DNA from: Bacteroidetes bacterium 37-13
GTDB lineage: Bacteria; Bacteroidota; Bacteroidia; Chitinophagales; LD1
Reading direction: 5' to 3'
Assembly (NCBI GenBank): GCA_001897535.1
Contig: MKTC01000019.1
Location: 26,535 to 90,534 of the forward strand
DNA length: 64,000 bases
Positions 29,727 to 40,503 of the stretch are shown piece after piece. Every line of letters begins with the position of its first letter. The first letter of the stretch is position 1. The notes below the pieces were generated by a model that was not told where the DNA came from, did no database searches, and saw only the letters and a program-made list of their open reading frames with translations. Both the position numbers and the translations under genes were made by a program.

Positions 29727-30995
29727 TCAGTAGCCATATTTTTCTTTCCACCAGTTTCTAAGTTGCTTGCGAATTTCTTCTTCGCGTGCATTTTTTGCCG
29801 GCTCATAAAATTTTGAACCTTTAAGCTCTTCGGGCAAAAATTCATGGTTTACAAAGTTGCCTTCGTATTGATGTGCATACTGATAATCTTTACCGTAATT
29901 CAAATTTTTCATCAACTTAGTTGGTGCATTGCGAATAGAAAGTGGCACCGATAAATTTCCCGTTTCGCGTACTGCTTTTTGTGCTGCGCGAATGGCTTGG
30001 TAAGCACTATTGCTCTTGGGTGAAGTGGCAAGGTAAATTACCGTTTGCGACAAAATTAAATCGCACTCCGGATAGCCAATCATTTCCACCGCTTGAAAGC
30101 AAGAAGTAGCCAACAGAAGCGCATTCGGGTTAGCATTTCCAATATCTTCGCTTGCTAAAATAAGCATGCGCCTGGCAATAAATCGAGGCTCTTCTCCGCC
30201 TTCCAACATTCGTGCCAAATAATAAAGCGCAGCATTTGGGTCGCTACCGCGAATACTTTTAATAAAGGCTGAAATGATGTCGTAGTGCTGCTCTCCGCTT
30301 TTATCGTACAATGCAATTTTTTGTTGAATCGTATTTTCAACCAAAGCATTGGTGATTATTTTTTCTGAAGAATTAGCTAATGATGCAGCCACAATTTCCA
30401 ATACATTCAATAGTTTTCTAGCATCGCCTCCGCTATATTTTAGTAAAGCTTCTGTTTCCTTTATTTCTATTGCTTGAATTTTTAGATACTCATCTTCACG
30501 AAGAGTTTTTTGTAGTAAAAGTTCTAAATCTTCGCGCTCTAGCGCTTGCAATACATAAACTTGGCAGCGCGAAAGCAAAGCTGAAATAACTTCAAATGAG
30601 GGGTTCTCGGTTGTGGCTCCAATAAGTGTAATTGTACCTTTTTCAACTGCGCCTAACAGCGCATCTTGTTGCGATTTGTTGAAGCGATGAATTTCATCAA
30701 TAAACAATAATATTTTTCCCGAAGCTTGAGCGCGCTCAATTACAGCACGCACATCTTTTACGCCACTTTCAATTGCGCTTAACTGCACAAATGGTAAATT
30801 AACTTTCGCTGCAATAAATCGTGCCAGCGAAGTTTTGCCAACACCTGGAGGTCCCCAAAAAATAATGGAAGGAATATTGCCGCTGTGAATAAGATTGCGC
30901 AACACTTTGCCTTCGCCCAGCAAATGTTGCTGACCAACAAAATCATTGAAATTTTTTGGGCGCATTCGCTCTGGTAATGGAACACTAAAATTCAT
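29727..30995 (-). CDS. rarA: Replication-associated recombination protein A (MgsA/RarA AAA+ ATPase)
   Basis: Walker A 'GPPGVGKTSLA', Walker B 'LFIDEIHRFNK', 'LIGATTENP', and a C-terminal MgsA domain 'HYDIISAFIKSIRGSDPNAALYYLARM'. Confidence 0.9.
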   Translation of the reverse strand: MNFSVPLPERMRPKNFNDFVGQQHLLGEGKVLRNLIHSGNIPSIIFWGPPGVGKTSLARFIAAKVNLPFVQLSAIESGVKDVRAVIERAQASGKILLFIDEIHRFNKSQQDALLGAVEKGTITLIGATTENPSFEVISALLSRCQVYVLQALEREDLELLLQKTLREDEYLKIQAIEIKETEALLKYSGGDARKLLNVLEIVAASLANSSEKIITNALVENTIQQKIALYDKSGEQHYDIISAFIKSIRGSDPNAALYYLARMLEGGEEPRFIARRMLILASEDIGNANPNALLLATSCFQAVEMIGYPECDLILSQTVIYLATSPKSNSAYQAIRAAQKAVRETGNLSVPLSIRNAPTKLMKNLNYGKDYQYAHQYEGNFVNHEFLPEELKGSKFYEPAKNAREEEIRKQLRNWWKEKYGY

Positions 30996-31118
30996 ACTGC
31001 AAGTAAAGACATTTCTAAGTTAGAATGTGGAATGTTTTTACAGCCAATTTTGTTTTAATATGAATTTTAAATATGATTAAGCATATAGAATGTTTGGTCA
31101 ACTATTATACTCGCCCGC

Positions 31119-32807
31119 ATGAAATTAAACATGGAAAAAAGTATTTTGTTGCTGTTTGCATGCTTAGCAACAGTTGCAGTATGGAGTCAAGTTCCTCAAG
31201 CATTTAATTATCAAGCGGTAGTTCGCGATAATTCTGGAAGTGTAATTGCTAATCAAAGCACTATGGTTCGTTTTTCGATACTCGATGCCATTTCAGGTGG
31301 AAACCAACTTTACCAAGAAACACAAACTAAAACAACTAATCAGTTTGGTTTAGTAAATGCGGAAGTAGGCAAAGGCTCACCAAGCACAAGTTCTCCTGCT
31401 TTTAATTCTATTAACTGGGCTGCAGGCTCGGTGTACTTACAAGTAGAAGTTGATGTAACAGGTTTAGGTAATGCATTTACAAATATGGGCACTACTCAAC
31501 TTTTGAGTGTTCCTTATGCACTTTATGCAGAAAAATCAGGTGGCACAAGCAGCAATGTCGGTCCAACTGGTGCTACTGGTCCTGCAGGTGCAAATGGAGC
31601 AACAGGTCCACAAGGAAATACAGGAGCAAATGGTGCAACCGGACCAAAAGGAGATACAGGTGCAACAGGACCTGCTGGTTCAGGAAATATTTCAGCAAAT
31701 AATGGTGTGCAAATTTCAAACTCAGTAGTGCAATTAGGAAGCACGCTTACAATGAATACTACTATTCCTTTGGGAGGTTTTAACTTAGCGTTTTCAGGAA
31801 CAGGCAATGTTGGTATTGGCACACTTGCCCCATCTTATCCATTACATGTAGCAGGTACGGCTAATTCGCTTGGGTTGTTTAATAACACAAATGCAAGTGG
31901 TATGGGCTTAACTGCTCAAAATAGTGCTGCTGCAGGAACTGGTATCGGTAATGGCGTATTTGCTGCAACTCAGCAATCCAATGGGTTTGGAGTTTATGCA
32001 TTAAACCTAAATACAACAGGAACAGCAATTTTAGGTGTTGGTAATAATTTACAAAACTACACTTTAGTAAATGGTGGCTCAGGTGGAGCGTTCTTTGCTA
32101 ATTTAACTGGTGCTTACGGTTATGCTGATGCAACTAATGGTATTGGTGTTTATGGAAAAGCGATTTCTGCCACACAATCTTATGGCGTGGTTGGTGTTGC
32201 CAACAACGCATCGCCTGCTGCACCTGCCGAAGGAGCAGGTGGTGCTTTTGTAGGTTCAAATTATGGTATTTCGGCAATTCAAACAAACGGTGCTGCCAAT
32301 ATACAAACTGCTGCTGGTTATTTTGTTGGTGATGCAACTACTTTGGTTGAAGCCTTTTCTAATACAAATACTCACTACAAAATTTGGGGAAGCGCAGGAG
32401 GTTCCGTTTCTACTTGTGTGGAAGATTTAAACGGAGAACCTGTAACCTTACACGCAATTGAAACTCCTGAATTTTATTTCCAAGATTATGGCGAAGCTAA
32501 ATTGGTGAATGGTAGAGCGCACATTACTATCGATCCAATTTTGGCTAAAAATATTGCCATAAACGAAAAGCATCCATTACGTGTTTTTGTACAGTTAGAG
32601 GGCGATTGCAATGGAGTTTATGTTACCAATAAAACAGCTACGGGATTTGATGTAGTGGAGCTAAACGGTGGAACTTCAAACACTGCTTTCCAGTGGAGTA
32701 TTACTTGTAATGTTGCTGATATGATGGTTGGTAAGAGAATGTCGAAATTTGCCGATTTGAGATTTGAGAAAGGTCCAATCACTAACTTATCTGAAATTAG
32801 AAAGTAA
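31119..32807 (+). CDS. Secreted collagen-like-repeat protein with glycine-rich beta-solenoid-like middle and globular C-terminal domain
   Basis: Signal peptide 'LLLFACLATVAVWSQ'. The N-domain ends in 'QLLSVPYALYAEKSG', followed by 14 uninterrupted G-X-Y triplets. Repeated 'G.G(V/A)(Y/F)' units come next. Confidence 0.7.
   Translation: MKLNMEKSILLLFACLATVAVWSQVPQAFNYQAVVRDNSGSVIANQSTMVRFSILDAISGGNQLYQETQTKTTNQFGLVNAEVGKGSPSTSSPAFNSINWAAGSVYLQVEVDVTGLGNAFTNMGTTQLLSVPYALYAEKSGGTSSNVGPTGATGPAGANGATGPQGNTGANGATGPKGDTGATGPAGSGNISANNGVQISNSVVQLGSTLTMNTTIPLGGFNLAFSGTGNVGIGTLAPSYPLHVAGTANSLGLFNNTNASGMGLTAQNSAAAGTGIGNGVFAATQQSNGFGVYALNLNTTGTAILGVGNNLQNYTLVNGGSGGAFFANLTGAYGYADATNGIGVYGKAISATQSYGVVGVANNASPAAPAEGAGGAFVGSNYGISAIQTNGAANIQTAAGYFVGDATTLVEAFSNTNTHYKIWGSAGGSVSTCVEDLNGEPVTLHAIETPEFYFQDYGEAKLVNGRAHITIDPILAKNIAINEKHPLRVFVQLEGDCNGVYVTNKTATGFDVVELNGGTSNTAFQWSITCNVADMMVGKRMSKFADLRFEKGPITNLSEIRK
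31560..31685 (+). repeat. Collagen-like G-X-Y triplet tract (14 triplets) inside the 31119 CDS
   Basis: It translates to GPT GAT GPA GAN GAT GPQ GNT GAN GAT GPK GDT GAT GPA GSG. Confidence 0.9.
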
Positions 32808-32830
32808 TCATAGTTTCTCTAAACTATATA

Positions 32831-32862
32831 AAAATGCCACTGAATATTCAGTGGCATTTTTG
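32831..32862 (+). terminator. Rho-independent terminator
   Basis: aaaatgccactg aatatt cagtggcattttt: a perfect 9-bp stem plus a T-run. It may also serve the convergent 32884 gene. Confidence 0.8.
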
Positions 32863-32883
32863 TTTGAAGATATTTTAAATCAA

Positions 32884-34476
32884 TCACAATTTTGCTCTTC
32901 TTAAATCCAGCAGGTTCTGTGCATTTGGTGTAATTCCCGTAATATTTGGCTGCATAAAACGCAAAACTTCATCGTAGTAAAGTGGCACAATCGGAGCTTC
33001 TTCAATAATAATAGAATCTAATTTTCTGTAAATATCAAAGCGTTGTTTTTCATCGGTAATTGAAAAAGATGTTTCGTATAAATTATCGAATGTTTTATTG
33101 TTGAAACGGGTATAGTTTGGTGGAGCTGTATTTTTACTATAAAAAACAGCAAAATAATTTTCTGCATCAGGATAATCAGCAAGCCAAGAGCCGCGAAACC
33201 ACAGTACTTTTCCTTGGCTCATCCATTCGCGTAATATGGCAGGTTGTGCCATTTCCACTTTCACATTTATGCCAATACTTTCTAATTGTTTTGAAATTAA
33301 AACTGCCATGTCTTTATATGTTTCGTTGCTGTAGAGTTTAAGCTCTTCGCCTTTGTAGTTGGAAGCTTTAAGTAATTGCTTTGCTTTTTCAGGGTTAAAA
33401 TTATAGCCTTTTAAATTGCTTGGGAACGAAGGCAGACCAATAGGAGAGAAGCCTTGAAGAGCAGGTTTGCCAACGCCATTTCTTAAATATTGAATTATTT
33501 CTTCTCTGTTTATTCCATAGTTAATTGCTTGGCGTAAATTTTTATTTAAGTATGGGTTTTCAGCTATTGGACCTTGCTGATAAAATCCTAAATATTCGCT
33601 GTTTAAATAAGCACTTTTTTGAAGTTTAATAATACCTTTCCAGCTCTTTTTTAACTCACCATTTTTCTCTAAAACTTCGTTGATGTAAGCCGCATCAATT
33701 CCTGAAATAAAATCTAACTCTTTTTGTTTAAAAGAAAGAAATTCAGTTTTCTTGTTGTCAATAAAACTAACTTTTACACCATCAATATATGGCAGTCGAA
33801 TGTTGTTTTCATCTTTTTCAAAATAATTTGGATTTTTCAAAAAAACTAAAGCGTTTCCTTCTTCCCAAGTTTTAAAAATAAATGGACCTGTGCCAACCGG
33901 ATTTGCTCTTAAATTTTCACCATATTTTTCTACAGCTTCGTGCGGAATTACACTGCAATACTGCATGCTCAAAATACCTAAAACCGCAGGAAATTTTTGC
34001 AATAGCTTAAGTTGAAAAGTAGAATCATTTAAAGCAGTGAAAGCATTTTCTTTAGCTACTTTTTCATTAAAAATCCAAGCACCGGGCGAAGCAGTTTTTT
34101 CATCGGTAATTCTATTTAAACTAAAGGCAACATCATTGGCATTTGCCTTTCTGCCTTTACCATCTTTAAAGCAAGCATTATCGTGAAAAAACACATCATT
34201 TCTTAGGTTGAAAGTATAGGTTAAACCATCGTTAGAAATTTGCCACGATTTAGCAATGGAAGGCACAATATTCAAATTAGAATCTAAGGCAACTAAACTA
34301 TTGAAAAGCTGATTGCAAGCCCAAACAGTTGCCTGGTCTTTAGAAAAAGCAGGGTCGAGCGAACTAATACCCGAAGCTTGGTTATATCTAAAAACTTTTT
34401 TGTTTGGCTGCGAAGAATTGCCGCCACAACTCCACAGCAAACTTGCGGTGGCACACAATAGTAGAATGCGAATCAT
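32884..34476 (-). CDS. ABC-transporter substrate-binding protein, family 5 (peptide/nickel type), orphan
   Basis: 530 aa with lipoprotein-like signal 'LLWSCGG'. 'LVALDSNLNIVPSIAKSWQISNDGLTYTFNLRNDVFFHD' is typical of the SBP_bac_5 N-lobe. Confidence 0.8.
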   Translation of the reverse strand: MIRILLLCATASLLWSCGGNSSQPNKKVFRYNQASGISSLDPAFSKDQATVWACNQLFNSLVALDSNLNIVPSIAKSWQISNDGLTYTFNLRNDVFFHDNACFKDGKGRKANANDVAFSLNRITDEKTASPGAWIFNEKVAKENAFTALNDSTFQLKLLQKFPAVLGILSMQYCSVIPHEAVEKYGENLRANPVGTGPFIFKTWEEGNALVFLKNPNYFEKDENNIRLPYIDGVKVSFIDNKKTEFLSFKQKELDFISGIDAAYINEVLEKNGELKKSWKGIIKLQKSAYLNSEYLGFYQQGPIAENPYLNKNLRQAINYGINREEIIQYLRNGVGKPALQGFSPIGLPSFPSNLKGYNFNPEKAKQLLKASNYKGEELKLYSNETYKDMAVLISKQLESIGINVKVEMAQPAILREWMSQGKVLWFRGSWLADYPDAENYFAVFYSKNTAPPNYTRFNNKTFDNLYETSFSITDEKQRFDIYRKLDSIIIEEAPIVPLYYDEVLRFMQPNITGITPNAQNLLDLRRAKL

Positions 34477-34601
34477 ATTGCAAGATTAACGAAAAACAGA
34501 ATTTGGTTTTGCTTTTCTGTCTACATGAAAAAATAATCGAACAGTTTTCTGTAACAATTTGGAACGCATTGCCGTAAATAAGAAAGAACCTTTGAAAAAC
34601 C

Positions 34602-35501
34602 ATGAATAACTTAACCACCCAAAAACTCATTTTGGTGAGTTTAATTGCATCAATACTTGGCGGAAACGCTTATGCAACAACTTACAAAACCATTTCGCAC
34701 GGAAAATTTTCTGATGAAAATATTTGGCAACCAACTTATCCCGGCAATATTTTAAAAGCTGGTGATTCGGTTTTTATCAATTCCCAAGTTGTACTTAATA
34801 TTCCTATTGCTGTTGAAGGCACTTTATTTATTGAAAAAGGAGCAGCGCTGCAAGGCAATAAAGAAATAAGAGTTGCTAAAAGCGGCTTGCTCGAAAATAA
34901 AGGAAATACAGTTGTGAAGCGCCTTTCAAACGAAGGAAAAATAAATAATGAATTGATTCTTGAAGCCATGATGGAAGTGGATAATTCCGGAGTGATAAAT
35001 AACACAGCAACTACTTTTGCCGGCTCTACACTATTGAATAAAGGCGGTGTTTTAGATGGAGATAAAGGCAGTTATTTTTCAAACAATACTGTGATTGCTT
35101 CGCCAAATTCAATTTATGGAAAAGATATAAATGTGTTTCAGGCTTCGTTCACCAATCCTGCTGTCCAAATTGATGAATCAATTTATTGTAATGCTTCACT
35201 AAATGTTGTGGCGGGCGGCAGCGATAAAGTTTTAGTAGAAATTACAAGCACTTCGCTTAAAAATATGGAAACAGTGATACTTGAAAAAAGCATTGATGGA
35301 AAAATATTTTACAAAGTAGCAGAAGCAAAAGCCGAAAATTCTACTTTGCTTTTAGAAGATAGAATTGCAATGGAAAATACCTTGTGGTATCGCATTTCGG
35401 CTTATGACTTAAGTGGAAAACAATATCAATTTCCAGAGGCATTGGTAAAAATTTCTGATAAAAGTGAAACCTTATCTATGCTTAACCGTATATCATATTA
35501 A
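34602..35501 (+). CDS. Secreted hypothetical protein
   Basis: Signal peptide 'ASILGGNAYA'. It has N/G-rich repetitive segments and no T9SS CTD or enzymatic motif. Confidence 0.45.
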   Translation: MNNLTTQKLILVSLIASILGGNAYATTYKTISHGKFSDENIWQPTYPGNILKAGDSVFINSQVVLNIPIAVEGTLFIEKGAALQGNKEIRVAKSGLLENKGNTVVKRLSNEGKINNELILEAMMEVDNSGVINNTATTFAGSTLLNKGGVLDGDKGSYFSNNTVIASPNSIYGKDINVFQASFTNPAVQIDESIYCNASLNVVAGGSDKVLVEITSTSLKNMETVILEKSIDGKIFYKVAEAKAENSTLLLEDRIAMENTLWYRISAYDLSGKQYQFPEALVKISDKSETLSMLNRISY

Positions 35502-35559
35502 AAACCTCAACACAAACCTTCCAAGTGTGTTGCTCTGATGTCAAATTTGTTTTTTGACG

Positions 35560-35588
35560 AAACCTGCTGAAAGGCAGGTTTTTTTTTA
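35560..35588. terminator. Bidirectional terminator between the 34602 gene and gpmI
   Basis: aacctgc tgaaag gcaggtt followed by T7. The gpmI stop codon lies in the T-run. Confidence 0.7.
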
Positions 35589-37106
35589 TGCTAATAAGTT
35601 TTTACCCGTCATTTCTTTCGGTAAAGCAATATCCATTAAACCTAAAATAGTAGGCGCAATATCAGCCAAAACGCCATTTTTAATTGCTGTTTTATTTTCT
35701 TTATCTATAAAAAATAAAGGCACAGGATTGGTGGTGTGTGCCGTATTTGGCGAACCATCTTCGTTTTGCATAAAATCTGCATTGCCGTGGTCGGCAGTAA
35801 GTAAAATGGCATAATTGTTTTCGAGCGCAGCATTTACTACTTTTTCTACGCAAGTGTTTACTGTTTCGCAGGCTTTTACTGCGGCAGAAAAAACGCCTGT
35901 GTGCCCAACCATATCGGTGTTGGCAAAGTTTAAGCAGATAAAATCATGGCCTTTATTCTTTATGGCTTCAATAGTTTTGTCTGCAATTCCAAAAGCACTC
36001 ATTTCGGGCTGCAAATCGTAAGTGGCAACTTTGGGTGAAGGAATCATAATTCGCTCCTCACCTATAAAATTCTTTTCTCTTCCACCGGAAAAAAAGAAAG
36101 TTACGTGCGGATATTTTTCTGTTTCAGCAATGCGAAGTTGCGTTTTGTTGTGTGCAGCAAGCACTTCACCCAAAGTGTTTTTTAAATCATCGTTGTCAAA
36201 TATGTTAAATACATTTTTGAAAGTGCTGTCATAAACAGTCATAGTTGTGTAATGAAGCGGTAACGTTTGCATTTCCAGTTCAGGGAAATTTTGTTGTGTG
36301 AGTGCTTTTGTAATTTCGCGGCAGCGGTCTGTTCTAAAATTGAAACAAATTACTGCATCGTTTGGCGCAATCATTTTTCCTTCGCCACAAATAATTGGTT
36401 TTAGAAACTCATCGGTTTCGTTGGCTGTGTAGCGCTCGCTAATTGTTTTTAGCACATTGCTACTTTTTTCGCCTTTGCCATGAACCAATAAATCGTAAGC
36501 TAATTTTATTCGCTCCCAGCGGTTATCTCTATCCATCGCAAAATATCTGCCGCAAACTGATGCGAGTGTTCCGCATTTATTTTCATCTAAAAAACTTAGA
36601 AGTTCACTTAGGAATTTCAAGCCGCTTTTTGGGTCGGTATCTCTGCCATCGGTAAAAGCATGAATTTGAATTTGTGAAGCATCTAATCCGTTTTGATGTG
36701 CAATTTTACAAAGTGCCATTAAATGTTTGGTGTGCGAATGCACGCCTCCATCACTTACCAAGCCAATAAAATGCAGCGGTGTTTTATTTTCTTTAGCGTA
36801 CTGAATTGAAGCGAGTAAAGTTTTATTTTGCTTTAATTCACTATTTTTAACAGCGTTGTTGATACGCAATAATTCTTGATACACAATTCTGCCGGCTCCG
36901 ATATTTAGATGCCCAACTTCGCTATTGCCCATTTGCCCATCGGGCAATCCAACATTTTCACCATGCGTTAAAAGTTCGGTATTGGGATATTTTTTATATA
37001 AACTATCAATAAATGGCGTATTTGCTTGTGCTATTGCGCTCACTTTTGGGTTTTTGCCGTGCCCCCAACCGTCCATTATTATTAAAATAACTTTTTTAGT
37101 ATTCAT
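35586..37106 (-). CDS. gpmI: 2,3-bisphosphoglycerate-independent phosphoglycerate mutase
   Basis: 'VILIIMDGWG', 'NSEVGHLNIGAGR' and 'TADHGNAD' motifs. Confidence 0.9.
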   Translation of the reverse strand: MNTKKVILIIMDGWGHGKNPKVSAIAQANTPFIDSLYKKYPNTELLTHGENVGLPDGQMGNSEVGHLNIGAGRIVYQELLRINNAVKNSELKQNKTLLASIQYAKENKTPLHFIGLVSDGGVHSHTKHLMALCKIAHQNGLDASQIQIHAFTDGRDTDPKSGLKFLSELLSFLDENKCGTLASVCGRYFAMDRDNRWERIKLAYDLLVHGKGEKSSNVLKTISERYTANETDEFLKPIICGEGKMIAPNDAVICFNFRTDRCREITKALTQQNFPELEMQTLPLHYTTMTVYDSTFKNVFNIFDNDDLKNTLGEVLAAHNKTQLRIAETEKYPHVTFFFSGGREKNFIGEERIMIPSPKVATYDLQPEMSAFGIADKTIEAIKNKGHDFICLNFANTDMVGHTGVFSAAVKACETVNTCVEKVVNAALENNYAILLTADHGNADFMQNEDGSPNTAHTTNPVPLFFIDKENKTAIKNGVLADIAPTILGLMDIALPKEMTGKNLLA

Positions 37107-37294
37107 ATTTAAACTGCGATATTAAATTGAATTTAAGGAAAGTGAGTGAGAAATTTTTAAAAGTATTTTCTCTTTTAAATCGTAGTTTAATACCTCTAAA
37201 TATCAATTTCGGGCGATGTTGATAACTTTTTCTCAAAAAAGAAGCGCCAAACAGCAAGTAATTACTTGTTTTTTCATTTTTCTAAAAACAGATT

Positions 37295-37324
37295 TTGCTT
37301 ATTTGAAGGAAGATACTACTTTTG
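37295..37324 (+). promoter_or_regulatory. Putative Bacteroidetes sigma-A promoter of the str operon
   Basis: TTG at 37295-37297 and TActTTTG (TAnnTTTG) at 37317-37324, 19 nt apart. The site lies about 20 nt upstream of the rpsL ATG. Confidence 0.5.
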
Positions 37325-37344
37325 CACCTCCCAAAAAAAGAGGA

Positions 37345-37752
37345 ATGCCTACAATACAACAATTAGTAAGAAAATCAAGGCAAATTATACGCACCAAATC
37401 TAAGAGTCGTGCGTTGGATGCCTGCCCGCAGAAACGCGGAGTTTGTACACGTGTTTACACTACAACGCCTAAGAAGCCGAATTCGGCTCTTCGCAAAGTA
37501 GCAAAAGTGCGTTTAACCAATTCAACGGAAGTTATCGCCTATATTCCTGGAGAAGGTCATAACCTTCAAGAGCACTCAATTGTGCTTATCCGTGGAGGTC
37601 GTGTAAAAGATTTACCGGGAGTTCGTTATCATATTGTTCGTGGTTCATTAGATACTGCGGGCGTAGAAAATCGCAAACAAAGCCGTAGCAAATACGGAAC
37701 TAAGCGTCCTAAGCCAGGAGCAGCTCCGGCAGCCGCAGGCAAAAAGAAATAA
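37345..37752 (+). CDS. rpsL: 30S ribosomal protein S12
   Basis: '[10 protein letters not shown]...[16 protein letters not shown]...[17 protein letters not shown]'. The track start at 37216 adds a non-homologous 43-aa leader and is rejected. Confidence 0.95.
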   Translation: MPTIQQLVRKSRQIIRTKSKSRALDACPQKRGVCTRVYTTTPKKPNSALRKVAKVRLTNSTEVIAYIPGEGHNLQEHSIVLIRGGRVKDLPGVRYHIVRGSLDTAGVENRKQSRSKYGTKRPKPGAAPAAAGKKK

Positions 37753-37790
37753 GCAAATTCAGATAAAAAAATCAGATAAAATACTGAAAG

Positions 37791-38258
37791 ATGAGAAAGA
37801 AAAGAGCACCGAAACGCTACTTGCAACCAGATCCTAAATTTGGTGATACTATCGTTACAAAATTCGTAAATACCTTGATGTGGAGCGGTAAAAAAAGCAC
37901 TGCTTACCAAATATTTTACGATGCAGTAGAATTAGTATCGGAAAGAACTAAAGAAGATGGCTTGGAAACATGGCGTAAAGCTGTGGCAAATGTTAGCCCT
38001 TCTGTAGAAGTTCGTAGCCGTAGAATTGGTGGCGCAAACTTTCAAATTCCTACTGAAGTTCGCCCAGAAAGAAAACTTACTATGGGAATGAAATGGCTTA
38101 TTCAATACAGCCGTAGCCGAAATGGTAGAACAATGAGCGATAAATTAGCAAATGAAATTATCGCAGCTGCAAAAGGCGAAGGTGGCGCATTTAAGAAAAA
38201 AGAAGATACGCATAGAATGGCAGAAGCTAACAAAGCTTTCTCTCATTTTAAGTTCTAA
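37791..38258 (+). CDS. rpsG: 30S ribosomal protein S7
   Basis: 'PDPKFGDTIVTKFVN.LM..GKKS.A' and 'VEVRSRRIGGANFQIP' are S7 signatures. Confidence 0.95.
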   Translation: MRKKRAPKRYLQPDPKFGDTIVTKFVNTLMWSGKKSTAYQIFYDAVELVSERTKEDGLETWRKAVANVSPSVEVRSRRIGGANFQIPTEVRPERKLTMGMKWLIQYSRSRNGRTMSDKLANEIIAAAKGEGGAFKKKEDTHRMAEANKAFSHFKF

Positions 38259-38348
38259 ATCTTTAAAATAGTAAGAAATTTAAGAATATTATTCACTAAA
38301 TAAAAAGAGAATCTCAATCCTCCCGCAAGGGAAATGTAGAAAGGTTTT

Positions 38349-40463
38349 ATGGGGAAAAATCTCAGTTTTACAAGAAACATAGGAATCGCTGCTCACATTG
38401 ATGCAGGAAAAACAACTACTACAGAACGTATATTGTACTATACCGGTGTGAGTCATAAATTAGGTGAAGTACACGAAGGTGCAGCAACAATGGACTGGAT
38501 GGAGCAGGAACAAGAACGTGGTATCACCATTACTTCGGCTGCTACTCGTTGCGCTTGGACTTGGAAAGACCAAAAATATGATATCAACATTATTGATACT
38601 CCGGGACACGTGGACTTTACCGTAGAGGTAAACCGCTCTCTTCGTATCTTAGACGGCTTAGTGTTCTTGTTTTCAGCGGTTGATGGTGTAGAGCCACAAT
38701 CTGAAACAAACTGGCGCTTAGCTGATAATTACCATGTTGCGCGTTTAGGATTCGTAAATAAAATGGATCGCCAAGGGGCAGATTATTTTAATGTGGTAAG
38801 CCAGGTGCAAACCATGTTGGGTTCTACTCCAATGGTAATGCAAATACCAATTGGTAGTGAAGAAAAATTTAAAGGTGTTGTGGACTTAGTTACAAACGAG
38901 GCTATCGTTTGGAACGAAGAAGATAAAGGTATGACTTACAATGTAATCGACATTCCTGCGGATTTAGTTGATGATGTAAGAACCTACCGCGAAAAAATGT
39001 TAGAGCAAGTTGCAGAATTTGACGATACTTTAATGGAGAAATTCTTTGAAGATCCAAATTCAATTTCTCCGGAAGAAATTCGTGCAGCAGTTCGCCAAGC
39101 AGTTATTGCACAGAAAGTAGTACCAATGTTTTGTGGTTCTTCTTTCAAAAATAAAGGAGTGCAAGCTGTATTGAATGCAGTATGTGCTATTTTGCCTTCA
39201 CCGGAAGATAAAAAAGATATCGCAGGAACAAATCCTGAAACAGGCGCAGAAGAGCACCGCTCACCAAGCACTGACGATCCTTTCACAGCTTTGGCATTTA
39301 AAATTGCAACCGATCCTTATGTTGGTCGTTTGTGCTATATTCGTGTATATTCTGGTCAATTAGACGCAGGTTCTTATGTATATAACTCAAGAACAGGAAA
39401 AAAAGAGCGTATATCTCGTTTGTTCCAAATGCACGCAAATAAGCAAATTGCAATTGAGCGCGTTGAAGCAGGAGATATCGCAGCAGGTGTTGGTTTTAAA
39501 GATATTCGTACCGGAGATACACTTTGCGAAGAAAAACATCCGATAGTACTTGAAAGTATGAAATTCCCTGAGCCGGTTATCCAATTAGCTATTGAGCCGA
39601 AAACTCAAAAAGACATGGATAAATTGGGCTTAGCACTTAATAAGTTGGCTGAAGAAGATCCAACATTTAAAGTGAGTTTTGATGACCAAACAGGCCAAAC
39701 AATTATTGCTGGAATGGGCGAATTGCACCTTGAAGTTATTGTAGATCGTTTACGCAGAGAATTTAAAGTAGAATGTAACCAAGGTCAGCCACAGGTAAAT
39801 TACCGCGAGCGTTTAACTAAAACTATAAACCATCGCGAAACTTACAAAAAGCAATCGGGTGGTAGAGGTAAGTTTGCTGATATTCATATTGAAATTGGAC
39901 CAAGTGAAGAAAATAAAGAGGGCTTAGAATTTGTGAATGATGTTTTCGGAGGTTCTATTCCACGCGAATTTATTCCTGCAGTTGAAAAAGGAATGAAAGA
40001 AGCTATGAAATCTGGTGTACTTGCCGGCTATGAAATTGATGGTATGAAAGTACGCTTATATGATGGCTCATTCCACGCTGTGGACTCTGACTCTCTTTCA
40101 TTTGAATTATGTGCGAAATTAGCTTTCAGAAATGCGGCTAAGTTAGCAGGTCCTGTTCTTTTAGAACCAATTATGAAATTGGAAGTGGTAACTCCTGAAG
40201 AAAACACAGGTGATGTAGTAGGTGATTTGAATAGAAGAAGAGGTATCTTGGAAGGCATGGAAGCAAAGCAAAACGCTCAGATTATTAAAGCAAAAGTGCC
40301 TTTGAGCGAAATGTTTGGTTATGTAACACAACTTCGTACGCTCACTTCTGGCCGCGCTACTTCGTCTATGGAGTTTCATAGTTTCCAACCAGCTCCAGAT
40401 AGCGTAGCCAAAGAAGTAATTGCTAAAAACCAAGGTAAGAAAGGAAAAGTAGAAGAAGATTAA
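38349..40463 (+). CDS. fusA: Elongation factor G
   Basis: G-domain motifs '[15 protein letters not shown]', 'DTPGHVDF' and 'NKMDR'. Full length of 704 aa. Confidence 0.95.
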   Translation: MGKNLSFTRNIGIAAHIDAGKTTTTERILYYTGVSHKLGEVHEGAATMDWMEQEQERGITITSAATRCAWTWKDQKYDINIIDTPGHVDFTVEVNRSLRILDGLVFLFSAVDGVEPQSETNWRLADNYHVARLGFVNKMDRQGADYFNVVSQVQTMLGSTPMVMQIPIGSEEKFKGVVDLVTNEAIVWNEEDKGMTYNVIDIPADLVDDVRTYREKMLEQVAEFDDTLMEKFFEDPNSISPEEIRAAVRQAVIAQKVVPMFCGSSFKNKGVQAVLNAVCAILPSPEDKKDIAGTNPETGAEEHRSPSTDDPFTALAFKIATDPYVGRLCYIRVYSGQLDAGSYVYNSRTGKKERISRLFQMHANKQIAIERVEAGDIAAGVGFKDIRTGDTLCEEKHPIVLESMKFPEPVIQLAIEPKTQKDMDKLGLALNKLAEEDPTFKVSFDDQTGQTIIAGMGELHLEVIVDRLRREFKVECNQGQPQVNYRERLTKTINHRETYKKQSGGRGKFADIHIEIGPSEENKEGLEFVNDVFGGSIPREFIPAVEKGMKEAMKSGVLAGYEIDGMKVRLYDGSFHAVDSDSLSFELCAKLAFRNAAKLAGPVLLEPIMKLEVVTPEENTGDVVGDLNRRRGILEGMEAKQNAQIIKAKVPLSEMFGYVTQLRTLTSGRATSSMEFHSFQPAPDSVAKEVIAKNQGKKGKVEED

Positions 40464-40503
40464 TCTTAAAATAAATTACTAAAACAATAAACGTTCTTTT
40501 AAT

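Noticed and set aside
31523-31822. 99-aa minus-strand ORF translating to a proline-rich 'PVAPFAPVFP...' sequence
   Set aside because: It is the antisense shadow of the G-X-Y collagen-like tract (GGN codons read as NCC). The plus-strand ORF is far longer, with a signal peptide and coherent domains.
31119-32807. Prophage tail-fibre interpretation of the collagen-like protein
   Set aside because: No phage structural, integrase or lysis genes flank it (rarA upstream, an ABC binding protein downstream). No att-like repeats were noticed.
37216-37344. 43-codon 5' extension of rpsL
   Set aside because: S12 proteins start 'MPTIQQL'. The extension covers the putative -33/-7 promoter and has no homology.
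38321-38332. tccc-gcaa-ggga GNRA-tetraloop hairpin in the rpsG-fusA spacer
   Set aside because: The stem is only 4 bp, easily a chance occurrence, and has no T-run or other context.
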